DNA of 64,000 bases from Lama guanicoe (lineage: Eukaryota): NCBI GenBank assembly GCA_013239625.1, contig MU053881.1:13530879-13594878 (forward strand), given 5' to 3'. Shown one piece after another: positions 51,575-64,000 of this stretch. The position numbers were made by a program, and so were the translations under genes. How positions within the stretch are numbered: position 1 is the stretch's first letter; each line of letters opens with the position of its first letter. The notes beneath the pieces are model-generated. The model was not told the origin of the DNA. It ran no database searches and saw only the letters and a list, made by a program, of their open reading frames with translations.

Positions 51575-51805
51575 TGCTAAGAATCACTACCATTTATTGA
51601 GATATTTTTATGAAATGAAATGGAATTTTTCAATGACTTACCATTTACTTCTCTAAAGCCTTGATGAAATAAGGTGTATTACCACATTTTACAGATGGGT
51701 AAACTGAGGGTTAGAAGATTTATGTTAGAACTGAGACAATACAGCCCTCCTTTATTTTATAGCAAGGAAGTGCTGGAACTGGAATTAGAGCCCAGTCTGT
51801 CTCCT
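51575..51805 (-). mobile_element. MIR
   Basis: CATTTTACAGATGGGTAAACTGAGG. Confidence 0.65.
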
Positions 51806-52949
51806 ATCCCATTTATTTTGTGTTTTTCTCGAGTTAAAGGAAGAAGTTTAAAAATTTGAATGGACCTGCCTCCTTTGTAATCTCACAGAGTAATTGTTAA
51901 TGGTCCACGCTCTAGTTTCCCAGATGACTTTTGGGAAACTTACAAAAGTCAAACAAATAGAACATACAGGAAAATCTATAATATGAAAAACAGCCTACAT
52001 CGTTTAGAAATCAATTAGTAATTATCAGTGTTTCGGCATCATTAGGGCTTGTGGATAAACTGAAGATTATGATTTACTTTTTCTTGGTTATAAATCATCT
52101 TTCGCCACTAGGGAATGAATTCAATTCTGGCTCAAAACAAAAATCTGCTCTGAATAAAATGTATATAGTAATCCTGAGAATTAAGAGCACAATTAGATTT
52201 TATGAGAGATTTTGAGAACCAAGGAAATATCAGCCCTTCATATCTTACTTGTTCTTTTAATGAGGTGGAACATATTTCAGAATACTCAGCAAAATGATGA
52301 TTAGTATTTGTTTGAAATAAAAATTGTGATGCATTTCAAGGTCAATTCAAAAGGCTTGAGTTTGAATACATTTGTGATCCTCAAGGTTGGGAAATATATG
52401 TGGCTTAATGAAAATGTTTCTCTTCTCTTTTTTTCTATTTAATCAAGCATACAATTGAATTGATAAAAATTATGAATCAAATTAGGCCAGCTATATCATA
52501 TATGTCTAAAAACAATATGCATGACTATGACTATACAAACAAATATAATTTAAAAATAATTACTCAGTTCTGTATTTCTTTTGAATGCAAGCAATCCTTG
52601 GACTAAAATATGCCATTGCATTTTGTTTTTAGAGATTATTTCTACAGTTATTGTGAAAGGTCAGTATTTACATCAGAAGCAGGGACTGGGAAGTTCTGGA
52701 TTTGTCCTAAACTTGTCACTAATGATAAGACTTTGTAAAAATTTCTTAACTTCCAGTCCAGAGTTTCTACATTTGAAAATTAAGGCAATTAAAGGAGAGA
52801 GGAGGTAACTGCCAGCTGTTTGTTATATTTGCTTTGTAAAAGCAGGTAAATTTGTCACGTAATTTTCTCAAGCGTCTACAATTTTTAAATCTGAATTGCT
52901 TTTATTACTTATTTCTATCTATTATAGGAAAGTAGATAATAAACTATAA

Positions 52950-53720
52950 TAAAAAGCAAAGGTCTCTATTAATATCATCACCTGGATATACACACTGTCA
53001 GCAAAATGATCACTAAACCTTCAGTTTCCTTGGGAATTCACATGCATGTACATGAAATAGATAGTATCATACATTAAGTTTTATAATATGATTTCTGCAC
53101 ATTTTGCGAACATCTTTTGATGCCGTCTAACATGTTTCTATGACATAGTGTCTAATGGTTGCATAGAATTTCATTGTATGGCTGCACCATGTTTATTAAA
53201 TCAGTCCTCTCTTGATGGACTTTATGATTATTTGGGGGAAGGTTTTAATATTATGAATGAAACTCTATTAAGCCATCCTGTATATTCATATTTGATGCAA
53301 TTATTAAGTTTTCCCCCTAAATTCTTCGAAGTGGGATTACTGGAACCCAGAGCTGGTCCATTTTATCTATTGATACTTATTACAAAGCTATACTTCCTCT
53401 GAAAAACTGCTAATTTGACAAGTTAAAAATAATGCCAAAATAATAGTGTTGTGGTTGTAACGGGACTGAAATTTACGGAGGAATTTGGAAGGAAATTTAC
53501 TTCTTGAAGTATTGTTTCTTCCCGTCGAAGAGCATACGATGTCTCATCTCTTATACAGATTCTTTTATGTCTTTCTGTAAAATTTTACAGTTTTCTTTGT
53601 GTAAGTCTTGCAGATTTCTTGTTCAATTTATTCCCATAGGCCCTACATAATTCTTGTTAAATTCAGTCCTTCATAATTTTTATGGTTATTGTGAATGGGA
53701 TTTTTATATCCAATGATTAT
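52950..53720 (-). mobile_element. Ancient L1M fragment
   Basis: Degenerate antisense L1 motifs (ATGGTTGCATAGAATTTCATTGTATGG...GATGGAC; TTTCTTGTTCAATTTATTCC). Confidence 0.55.
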
Positions 53721-55389
53721 TTTTGATTCCTGGCCAAAAGAACAAACGCATATAACCATCCTAGCAGGGGTGTCTTTTAATTTTATAACTCAAGAGTACC
53801 ATTTCCATTTCAATTTGTGCATGAGGTGCCTTGGATGTTCCTAACATATTCAAAATGTATATGCAGAAACATTGTGCATTTTTGGCAGTTTGTTATATGT
53901 CCAATTAATGTAAACATTTAAAAAATGGTTTTATTTTGGCTTCAGTCTTCTATATAGGATTCATTTACTTTGATCCGTAGAAGCAACACAACTTACCGCG
54001 GAGGGCATAATCTTAAAGATTCCTTTTCTTCCTTTAACCTTATTGAGTAAAGTTTAGATTTAAAGCAATAGACTCTGCTTAATATATTCCGTTTTTTTTT
54101 TGAACATAATAACTTTATGAAAATAAGAATTTTGGGGGGAAGTAGTAAGCCAAATTAACATCTAAACTCTGGTGTATATTACATGAAGTGTGGATGACTT
54201 AATTACAGATAATTGAAGAGGGGCTATTCCATGTTGAGAACAGTTTTAACACCAGAAAATAATACAGCATAGCTGATACATGACTATTGCCAGAAATATC
54301 TGTTCCAGAGTGAAGAGTTTGCTAGGTTTAACACTATATCTGATGATGGCTTATCCACAGACTCGATGAGCAAAATTTGAGAACTATAAAAGCATTTGCA
54401 TTACGGCAAATTCTAAATTATGATTGGTTTGACTGTTTTAAATACACTGACTTGTCAATATGTACAATTGTAATGATCACTCTTCAGCTAGAATAGTTCA
54501 GTTGTGCGTGCAATTGAGATTTCTAGAAAATATCTCAATGTCTGTTACAAGTTTAGAGAAAACATACCATATACATTTTGCTAGATTTAGTGACTCCTTA
54601 GTTGAATTGTAACTTTTGTGTTGGTTAAGTCAGGTGTGCCATTTGAGAAAAAGCAAAAGCTCAGAAGTTGTAGGAGAAGAGAACTCTTATAAACTAGCCT
54701 CACATTGTCAGTAGTATGTAGTGTTTGGCTGTCACACACAGACATACGCACATATATGCATACACATGAAATATAAAACTGAGGATGAAATGGCTATTTT
54801 TTTCTAAGTAATTATTTATTACTTATCACCAAGTATCCACTTATCAGGTTGAACTTTTTAATACTGGTAAACTTAAGTTCGATGCAATGAATAGACTGGG
54901 ATAAAATATGAACTAACAGTGCCACCTACATCAGCTTGAAAAGACCGTACATCCTTGGGCAGGAAGATGTGCTTCCTGTGACTCAGTGTAGGCAATCTAA
55001 AATAAAGCTGGAATTCCATGCTATTTTGCATGAGTTTACTGAATATATATTTTCCTATGCAAAGTGAAATGTCTGTATTAGGTGAATCTTTTTGTATTAA
55101 AGTATTGCTGTGCTACACTTCAATAAATTAAGACTTGATTGATGTATCAAGAGATTGATGTATTAGATCTTTTGACAACTGTCCCTTGGTTCTGTATATT
55201 TTAATAAAAAATACGTAGTACTATCATAAAAAGAATATTTCTTACAGCACAATTGAAAGGGAATACAGATTTATTTCCCTTCTTAAAAGAAAATTATGAA
55301 ATTTTATCTTTAAAGAAACACTTCAGAATATTTTTAAACTGGATTTTAGTAAGACATGCCTTTGACGATGGTGCTTATTTTTTTTTGGC

Positions 55390-55600
55390 TAGTGTTGGCA
55401 AAATTTTAGAGCAGAAGTAAACCACATATGGCTGAGGGCCTATGTTTAAGAATAAGCTTTTATTGGAACATAGACATGCCCATCTGGTTACGTATTACCC
55501 CTGTCTACCTTTGCACTCTAAAGACAGTGAGTAGTTACAATGGAAACCGTGTGGCCTGCAGAGGCCAAAATGTTTACCGTGGGGTCAGTACAGAAAAAAA
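55390..55600. mobile_element. MER58-like hAT-Charlie element
   Basis: AATAAGCTTTTATTGGAACATAGACATGCCCAT...GTGGCCTGCAGAGGCCAAAATGTTTAC. Confidence 0.65.
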
Positions 55601-56129
55601 AATTTTTTTTCTGCTGTTCGTTTTGGAACAATAAGTTCCAAACGCTATGGATGTAAACCAGTGGAAGAGGTAGCCTATGAAATTGCATCTCACTACTTGG
55701 TTTTCCTGCTTGTATATCTGTTAGGACTTTACTTGAAAGAGGAATGGTTCAAAAAAAAAAAAAAAAAAGAACGTGTTAAAGGTGTGACTTCATGGAGAAA
55801 TACATTTTACTAAAGCATAATAAGGAAAACATCTTGAGTATTAAGACTGAAATAATTATGGAAAATACTGTGAGGCTCTTTGTCTCGTATTAATTATCTC
55901 AGATTTGCTTTTCAACTGTCAAAGATAGTTTTTAAAAAGAGCGATAGCAACTATGTTCAGGTTTGTTTTGTAGCAAATTATGAAGTTTTATGAACTAGTA
56001 ACATACGGATGCTTTTGAGATTGATAGAAGAATTCGAATCAAGAAAATCTTTTTGACTCTGGTCTTTGAAAAATTTGAGAAATAATATCATAGTGATGCT
56101 TCATGAGGTCAGAGCTTTGTCTGTTCTCT

Positions 56130-56210
56130 TTTTCCTTTTTCTTCTTTTTTTTAAAATTGAAGTATAGTCGATTTGCAGTGTTGTGTTAGTTTCCGGTTTA
56201 TGGCATAGTT
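56130..56210 (-). mobile_element. Very short L1 3' tail
   Basis: T-rich tract followed by AATTGAAGTATAGTCGATTTGCAGTGTTGTGTTAGTTTCCGG. Confidence 0.65.
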
Positions 56211-58831
56211 TTCTTGATTATTCCAGTGACAGCCAGGTCTAGCTCAAGAAGGTTCTGACTCATGGAAGTTACATAAGAAATGAATTCAACTCATGTTAGA
56301 ATAACCAAAAATTCCTTCTGTTAATTCTTTTTGCCCTTAAGAAGTTGCAGTGCAACAAAATCATTGTTTTGTTCAGAAGTCTTTATCTTTGCTTACATTC
56401 AACCTGCAATTTTTATTCAAGGGTATTTTCACTGATTTTTCAGAATTTGCTCTTGGAGGTGGTTATACAGCATGGTCACAGTAGTCCCACAGTTACGTAA
56501 GGGTCTGCATGTCAGTGAAGACACACAGAATTCTTCAAAGAGTGCTCCCCAACTTGGCATCTTCAAGGCAGAAGGCATTCACTCCTGCAGTTTGTATACT
56601 GGAATCATAGATAGGATTAAAAACCAAAGAGCAGAGACAAGCAGGAGTACCAGATTGTACATAAAGTGAGGTATGAACGTTGCGAATTAACACTTAATAA
56701 ATATACCATAATATTACATGTAAGGTGAGCAGGAAAAGTATCAATGAATTAATTTCTCCTATCAGACAAATAAAGCCAAGTTTTAACCTCATTCCTGGAA
56801 CATCATTATTAATACTGTCTTTGAAGTCGGTTGAAATGTATTTAAAGAACAGAATGAAACACAATCTGGTTTTTATTGCTTGATTGGAACTAAATGCATT
56901 TGGTTGTTAACTTCTCCAACTGGTAGCAATGTAGTTTTCTTTCTTAAAACTGACGAAAGCAGGTTTACTCGTGAAAATTGATGGGGTTCTGTTTCACTTC
57001 GATGTTTTTATAAACCCTGGTGGCATTTTGTAATAGTTGAAAATCCAGGATTTAGAATTTTGGTCTTCTAATAATGAGCTGTGTAACATGGTCCAAATTA
57101 ACTTAATTCGTTAAGCTGTCCGTTTTCTCATCTAGAGAGTAGGAGTAGTAATAATATTAGCCTTAAAATATTAATTAAATTATTTTAAAAATTAAATTAT
57201 TTAATATACACTGAAGGCTTAGTAAAGTTCTTTGCACATAATAAATCTTGATAAATAATATCTATTAATGTTACACACACATAAATTTAATTTTGTCTGA
57301 TGCCACAAGACCTCTGACATATTTGTGATTTCAATTTGTACAGAATAGACAGCAAACCAAGGGTAATGCTATCTTTAAGATAATTCTTTGACCATGATAA
57401 TTCAGTTGTCAAAGAAGCTGTGTGGTAGAAAAGAATTCCAGGGCACTAGGCTGTATTCTAAAGCTGATCACCTACCCTCTGGTGTGTGATCTCAAGTAAG
57501 TAATTTTTTCCTCCTCTCTGGACCAGAGTTACATGTCTCTTGGGAGAGTGGGGAAGGATTGGGTTACTATATCCTTCTAGCTCTGAAATCCTGAAAATTC
57601 TGAGTCTAAAAAATTTTAAAAAAAATTTTAATTGTTAAATTTGCAACCAAAGTTGGAAAGAACTATTAAAAAAAAAAAAAGAAGGAATTGCTTGTTAGGC
57701 CAGAAAAGAGCCGACAAATAGTAGTTGTATTGTTTCTCAGAAAGTGTGCTTCTTTCCCACTGAATGTTTTGCAGTTGTTTTGCAGGATAAGCACTTTGCT
57801 AAGTCTGTAGACCTTTGTGGGCAGAACCCTCCCAAGGTGTTCTGTCTGCAGGAGGAGGCTGTGAGGTTGTTAGAAGCTAGTGTTTCTGTATGCTTTATCT
57901 GTTCCCTCTTCTGAGAAGAATTTTATGGAGGAGCTAAAATGTGAAGCAAAACGCCAGCTCTACTCTCAGTTCTTTACAGGAGTAGTTTTCTTTCTGAATC
58001 CAATGTGTCTAACCTTAGACGTGTGATAACACCTCGGAGGCTGCTAAATGTACATCCAAGTCAACAAGAGCTTCGTCTTCCAAAGACAAAGATCAGAGGC
58101 TCGTATATAGAAAGTGACACCCTTCTTTTTGGAAATAGCATGGGATTTCACCTTGGGAAATGCCAGTGCCCTTACAGCATGACTTTGTAGCTTCCCTTTG
58201 CCTTCTGTGACAGAGGACAAGAAAAGAACAAATTGTATGCTTAGTAGTGCTGGAAAGACAACTCAGTCTTCTCCGATACATTTGGAAGTCGTTGCCAGGG
58301 TCATTCTCAGAGTGTGAAAAATAAGAAATAAAACACATATGTTTGGAATGCACGTCCCTTCCTACCTTCAAAGGTTGATTTACTTGCTTTGCCAAGGCAG
58401 AAATCTATGACTTTGACATCACAGAGTTGCTCAGATCTCAACACCCATAGTTTGATTTAGATATGGTCTTTCAATTTTATTTTTAATTTAATGTGTGCTA
58501 CCAAGGCTCTTTCCTGGTTGAGTATAAGTAGTTAGAACAATGATAATACCAATACTAACATTCCGCATTTGAGGATTTTTAGAAGCACTTGCATGTACCC
58601 TACCTCATTTGATCCTCCCATCATTTCTGTGGGGTGGACATAACATGTGTTTGTGTATCTTTCCTTCCCTCCCTCTCTCTTTCTTTCTCTTTTTGAAAAA
58701 AATCCAGAGTTGCTAAGTGACTTAGTAAAACTTACTCATATGGTTAACTAAATAGCAGAGTTTGAGGTAGAATCTTGATTTTATAGACTCAAATCCAGCG
58801 TTCTACATACTAATTCAGGAAGCAAGTTAGT

Positions 58832-58943
58832 ATGAATGTATGTATGTATATGCATGACGGGGACGTGGTGCTGTGTACCAGAAATTGACACATTGTAACT
58901 GAGGGTACTTCAAAAAAAATAATGATAATAATGATTAAAAAAA
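58832..58943 (+). mobile_element. Severely truncated L1 3' end with poly-A
   Basis: GCTGTGTACCAGAAATTGACACATTGTAACTGA plus A-rich tail. TSD GAAGCA(A/G)GTTAGT at 58819-58831 and 58944-58956. Confidence 0.8.
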
Positions 58944-59559
58944 GAAGCAGGTTAGTGGAAGTAGAATCAAGGAAAAGATTTGTTAAGGTATTAAGAAAGA
59001 GTGATGGAGGGTTTGATGACCAGGGTTAAGGTACTTGGAGCAGGCACCAAATACATTCCTTCAAAAAGCCGATAAACCTAATAGTTAATCCAAAAGGAGC
59101 AGCTTGAATTTGCTAAGCATCGTTTGATTTTAATGCCTTGAGTAATCTCGGGAAACCGCTAAAACCAATGGTCCTCCAGCTTTTCTGTCCCCATGAGATT
59201 TGCCTAGCTTTGAAGGATTGGCACACTTAATCAAGCATCATAAATCATAGCTGTTTCTAGTTACAACCAACAGAGCCGATCTCTTGCAGACAACCCCCCA
59301 AAATCAGTAAATATGATTTGTCATACCTGTTTTCTGAGGCAGTGTATTGCATTGGTTATTGTTTGGCAAATTTTATTGATCATTGAGGTCTAATGTGGCA
59401 AGCTGTGATGAGTTTAGCCATGCTCACTTTTTTGTTCATTTCTCAGAGGCAAATATGCTTTATCCATGGTCCTAGAGCCCATACGAAAACAACAGAGCTT
59501 CTGCCCTGGCACTACCCAGGGTACCAACTATGATAGGATGTATGCATTCCTGTGAGTGG

Positions 59560-59770
59560 TTTCATAGTCCATGGTCTGGACACGGATGGACTGCATTAAC
59601 ATCTCAAGCAGGCATAAACTTAGGCAAGTTACTAGTTCCTGAGCCTCAGTTTCCTCATCTGTACAGTAAAGTAAGTGTCCTCCTAGAGTTACTGCCAATT
59701 AGATATGATGGTCTTCAACTTTCTTGGGATACTTCCCGGGTGAAGAAAGCATTCAGCATTCATTAAAAAT
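59560..59770 (+). mobile_element. MIR
   Basis: TAGGCAAGTTACT...CTGAGCCTCAGTTTCCTCATCTGTA. Confidence 0.7.
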
Positions 59771-62700
59771 CAGCTTTAATACATACGAATGTTGGCGATC
59801 ACAGTATGTCAAAAAAAGAGGGACACTCTTCCCAAAGCAGCTATGGTAAAAAGAGATGCAATAGTGTGCAGCTGGTAACTGAATATTAAGAATTTGAACA
59901 GAGTAAAATAAGGAAAGGAGTCTTTTCATTTTGTAACTCCAGAGTTACATAAAGACTTGTTCTTTGTTAAATTAAAGCATGCAAATAAAAATTAGCAAAG
60001 CAAAAAGGCATCTTACAAGTTCACTATGTCCCAGTCTCCCGATTTTATGATGAAAGAGCTGAGTATCAGTTAGGTAAGTGTTCAAGGTCATAGGTGACGC
60101 CAGACAAGTAATCTGACATCCAGCTTTCGTAAGATTCTCCTCCCTGCATACTCTGAGAAACAGCTGCAGAAATACTTCCTAATTATACAGCTCACAAAAT
60201 CTCGTGGCCAGGTGGGAGGCTTCGTTATTTTTTTTAAGTTGCGGGGAACTTTTTTCTCTTACCCTTAATGTCCTTATATTGCACTCGATGGTAAATTATC
60301 CTAAAAGCAAGTCGCTAAGGCCTATTTTCTGCTCCATTTTAATGCAAAAGCTAACATCAACACTGGCTAAAGAGGGAAAAAAACAACATTGGAAAAAAGA
60401 ACTATAAAAAGGAAATATGATTATGGTGTTAGATGCCATTTAAAAAATCAAATGTATTTTCTGTTCCACTTTGACCTTGCTTTTGCTTGTTGGAAAGATT
60501 TCTTTGACTTAACTTTTGTATCACAAGATTTGCAGATTTAGAGAACAAACGAAGTGCAGAATGACTTGCAAAATTTTATCTTTCCTCACCTTTGTGCACT
60601 TCCAAATCATTTGTCGTCTTCAATTGAGTTATTATTTTTTTAAATTTTAGTTTCCCATAAAAATGTTACTGGGACTTTTCTGAATTTAACCCTGTTCTTT
60701 TAATCTGCATTTCCTTTAGTAATGATGACCCATTGATTGATTGTCTTTGTGCTTTATTTTATTGATGCCTCAATCTTTGACAGTACTTACAGCTAACAAA
60801 ATTATTTTTTAGCTACTTTTGTTGCATCTCCAAGGTTTCAGCATGAGGCTTCATTGATTTTTTTCCCCCCTTCATCAGTAGAGATGGGGTGTCCACTCTT
60901 AGTTGTAGAATGATTCTCAGAAGGGTGGGTACCCAGAAGAGATATCATAAAGCCTTCTGTGTAAATTCATGGGTGTGTTTCTAAAAAAAAAAAAAAGTGT
61001 ACCTGTTCAAAAAAGGGTGGTGTCTTAGTGTAGACCAAATATAATCACTGTTCTTCAAGGAAAGCAATTTGGAAATTGGAAGGTAATTGAAATAAAGGTA
61101 TGGTGAGTGCACTCTGGTGGTCTGTATGTGCGCACGGATCGATTTGTAGTCTCTTTTTAAAATGTTACCAGTTCAGCTGTGGCTCGTGGTCTCCAGAAGG
61201 AAACCTCTGACCTGCCTATTCGCCTGTTTTCTAGTATGTGCTGAAAGGTCACAGCGGCTTTCAGAATAGTGACATCTGAACTTCACCTTTCTTTGCAGAC
61301 TCTGAAATGGCCGTCTGAGCATGTTCCTTACCACTTCACAGGTTCTGCCCTGAAGCTGCATATGGTTCTTTGTTAACCTTTATAAAACTCAGAGTTCGTT
61401 GTTTCTGGGTTGGTGTCTAAGAAAACCACCACGACTGTTGTCCACAGTGATTTGTTTCAAGAGTTAATAAATTCCACTTGGAATTAGGTTTTGATATTGG
61501 AACTTAGATCAATAGCTTGCGTTACAGGTATGACACAAAGAATTCTGGTTTAGTTTATAAGTAGTAGTTTGTAATATGTCTTTTATTACATACCTTCTCA
61601 AAATACCCAGGGACTTTATCAGTGTCTCCCCGTTTTTTTATTACCCTGCATGAATCAGAACATGTCTCTGTTATGTGGGTATATTTATAGCAACTTCCAG
61701 AAATCTTTGGCTTCTGCAGGATGCAGTGTTTATGAATGGTCTGCTATCAATAATCAACAATAACTTTACGGTCAAGTAACATCACCTGTAAAAGATTGCT
61801 TTATGTTGGGCTCGTAAATATAATAGATACATTTCCAACTTTCACAAACAAATGTACTCTTTACTGTATTACGAAAGGCAGGGAAACACAGAGGGTTTTA
61901 ATTCATCATTAAAAACATTAATCTCGACTACCTGTTTTTCAGTTAAGTTATAGTCCCCAGGGGTGGTGATGTCCCCAGCTGCAGATCTGGGTGAGGCCTC
62001 CTTTTTAGACAGACTACACCTTGGTCTTTATTTTCCTTATAATTTATTGTTGAGATCACTGGAATTTTTCTAGATCAGGAACTCCCATTCGCAAAGGGAT
62101 TCTTTTCATGCATGTTTTATATTTTGTGTAAAATATTGAGACAATGATAAGCTTTCCCCATGCGGTCCAGAAAGCTTGGCGACAGCTCTTCTCTTCAGAT
62201 CTACCTCAGTGTTCTCTCATGAACAGATCACACATTTGCAGTTTTATTTTGTCATCTCTGAGTTATTTCAGTCACCCTTCCTTCTCGCCAAAGTTTGGAT
62301 AGGTTATGTTCTAGACTCGGCCCTTTAAACAGACCCCTGTGGCGTTAAGGCACGATTCTGTGACTTAATCTGACCCATTTGGCAGCCTGGGTGTAAAGAG
62401 CGATGCGGTCGGTGGGTCCCTTTAAGTGCAGCAATGCTCAGCCAGATTACACTGAGCATCTGGAGAGGGATTTTACATCTGTTTCCCCTCCAGGTTTTCT
62501 TCCAGGCTACAAGGAGGATGAGCGGCACAGACATAAAAATGCGTGTGTGCTACCTTCTATTACCCTACGTGAGTTCAACCAAAGTCACAGGGGAGAGCTG
62601 TAGTTACCCTCCATACTTGTAAGTCAGGATCAAAGTAAATTAACTCTTTGAAATATAACTCATATTTTTTTGTTGTGACCTCATCCTTTGCTACACAAAT

Positions 62701-63809
62701 TTATTGTCAGAGAGAAACTCAAATTTGAGTGAATCCCAGCCCTAAGGACCCAGTGTTATATATCTTATGAGATCTAGAGTCTTTTATGTTGCCTTTGGCA
62801 GACATGACCTTATTAATTCTTGCAGAATGATGTGCGAAGACTTTTTTCTCAGGGTCACTGACCTAACTCCTAGAGAGATATAAGAGGGAAGTTTTTCTTC
62901 CTCTCAAGGACACTGTCATGGTGACCACATATACCTTATAGGCACTATCATGGTGACCACATCTACCCGATATTATTCATCTTGTCCCAGTTCTTCCTCC
63001 ATCACAGCTGTCTTTGTGAAAAATTTGGGCACAGGCATCTAATGCATGCTTCATAGAATGCTCCTCATCTTGCCAGTTTCTGCTCTGTCAATTCATATGT
63101 CATCCCATAGTAACTGCCTGACCCATCAACATTCACTCCTAGGGCAGAATAGGGTCTAGCAAGTTATCTGAAAAACTGATTCTACCTTACAGACATAGAA
63201 AAGGTGAGCTATTGACTAAGTGAGAGGAGGTGAGATGTTCTCCTAGGTATGGATTGTGGCTGGGGACGAAAGTAGAGACATCTCAAGGACTAGGAACTAA
63301 TGGATGTGAGTGATGGTGCTTTTCAGTCCCTTGAGTCAGAGCTTCATTTCTGTCTTTGTCTCTGTGTCCTGGGCTATCGATAGCAGTCTGTTGTGCCTTT
63401 TTGTTTGGATTATTTGAACATGGATGAAGCAAAACATGTTATAGGACAAAGTCAATTGCAATTCCTTAGTAAGAGTATTTGGTGGAGTGTGCTGGACAGT
63501 GATGCTTGCAAAAATAAAATCCGTTGTGTTGAAATCTTCCTCAAAGACAAGAACTAGGTCTTCTCTTTCTTTGTAAGCTCCACAGCACTTATATCAGAAG
63601 AGTGTGACGTATTAGAAACAGCATTGCTCTTGAAGTCATAAAATAGCTGAGCTCAAGTACAAGTTCAGTCTTCTGTTAATTACGTATGTTTATGTATGTT
63701 TGGGGAGTTTTCATTGCCTTACTTATCTCCACTTTTCTACTCCATAATTTGGGCACAGAAGTGATTACCTTTGGTCACTGTGATGAAATTGTACGTGTCT
63801 TCTGCAGAA

Positions 63810-64000
63810 ACCACAGTATGTTTCCACGCAAGAGGAGTTTGGAAGTCCGGCAGTCCCTTACCAGCTGTGAAGCCACAGCTGATTCACATAGTTTCCTCAG
63901 CTGCAAAGCTGGGGTAATGATAATATCTACCTCATGGGATGGTTGTGACGATTAAATAAAAGAATCTATATAAAGCCCTGAGTACTTTACACTTAGTAAC
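63810..64000 (+). mobile_element. MIR
   Basis: AGTTTCCTCAGCTGCAAAGCTGGGGTAATGATAATATCTACCTCATGGGATGGTTGTGACGATTAAAT. Confidence 0.7.

Overview
Mammalian genomic DNA, most likely camelid judging by the tRNA-Ala-derived Vic-1-like SINEs. The window holds the 5' end of GABRB2 (GABA-A receptor beta-2 subunit) on the + strand. About 35 kb of repeat-rich upstream DNA is followed by a CpG-island promoter (~35.0-36.75 kb) with a probable non-coding first exon. Three coding exons follow (37543-37619, 37776-37867, 38740-38807; 79 codons, [10 protein letters not shown]...DMVSEVNM), and then the first ~25 kb of a long intron; the next exon is not in the window. The rest is mostly L1, L2, MIR, LTR, DNA-transposon and SINE relics. 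The supplied ORFs are spurious apart from L1 remnants. I found no novel protein-coding system. The best leads are regulatory or RNA-level: (i) alternative 5'UTR acceptors that would include or skip a 19-codon uORF; (ii) a TATA/MEF2-CRE candidate alternative first exon; (iii) an antisense SINE whose head still folds almost as tRNA-Ala(AGC) and whose predicted Pol III read-through crosses a cluster of palindromes; (iv) old repeats with GC/CpG gain. Repeat family names come from recalled consensus sequences, not from a search, and old-repeat boundaries are approximate.
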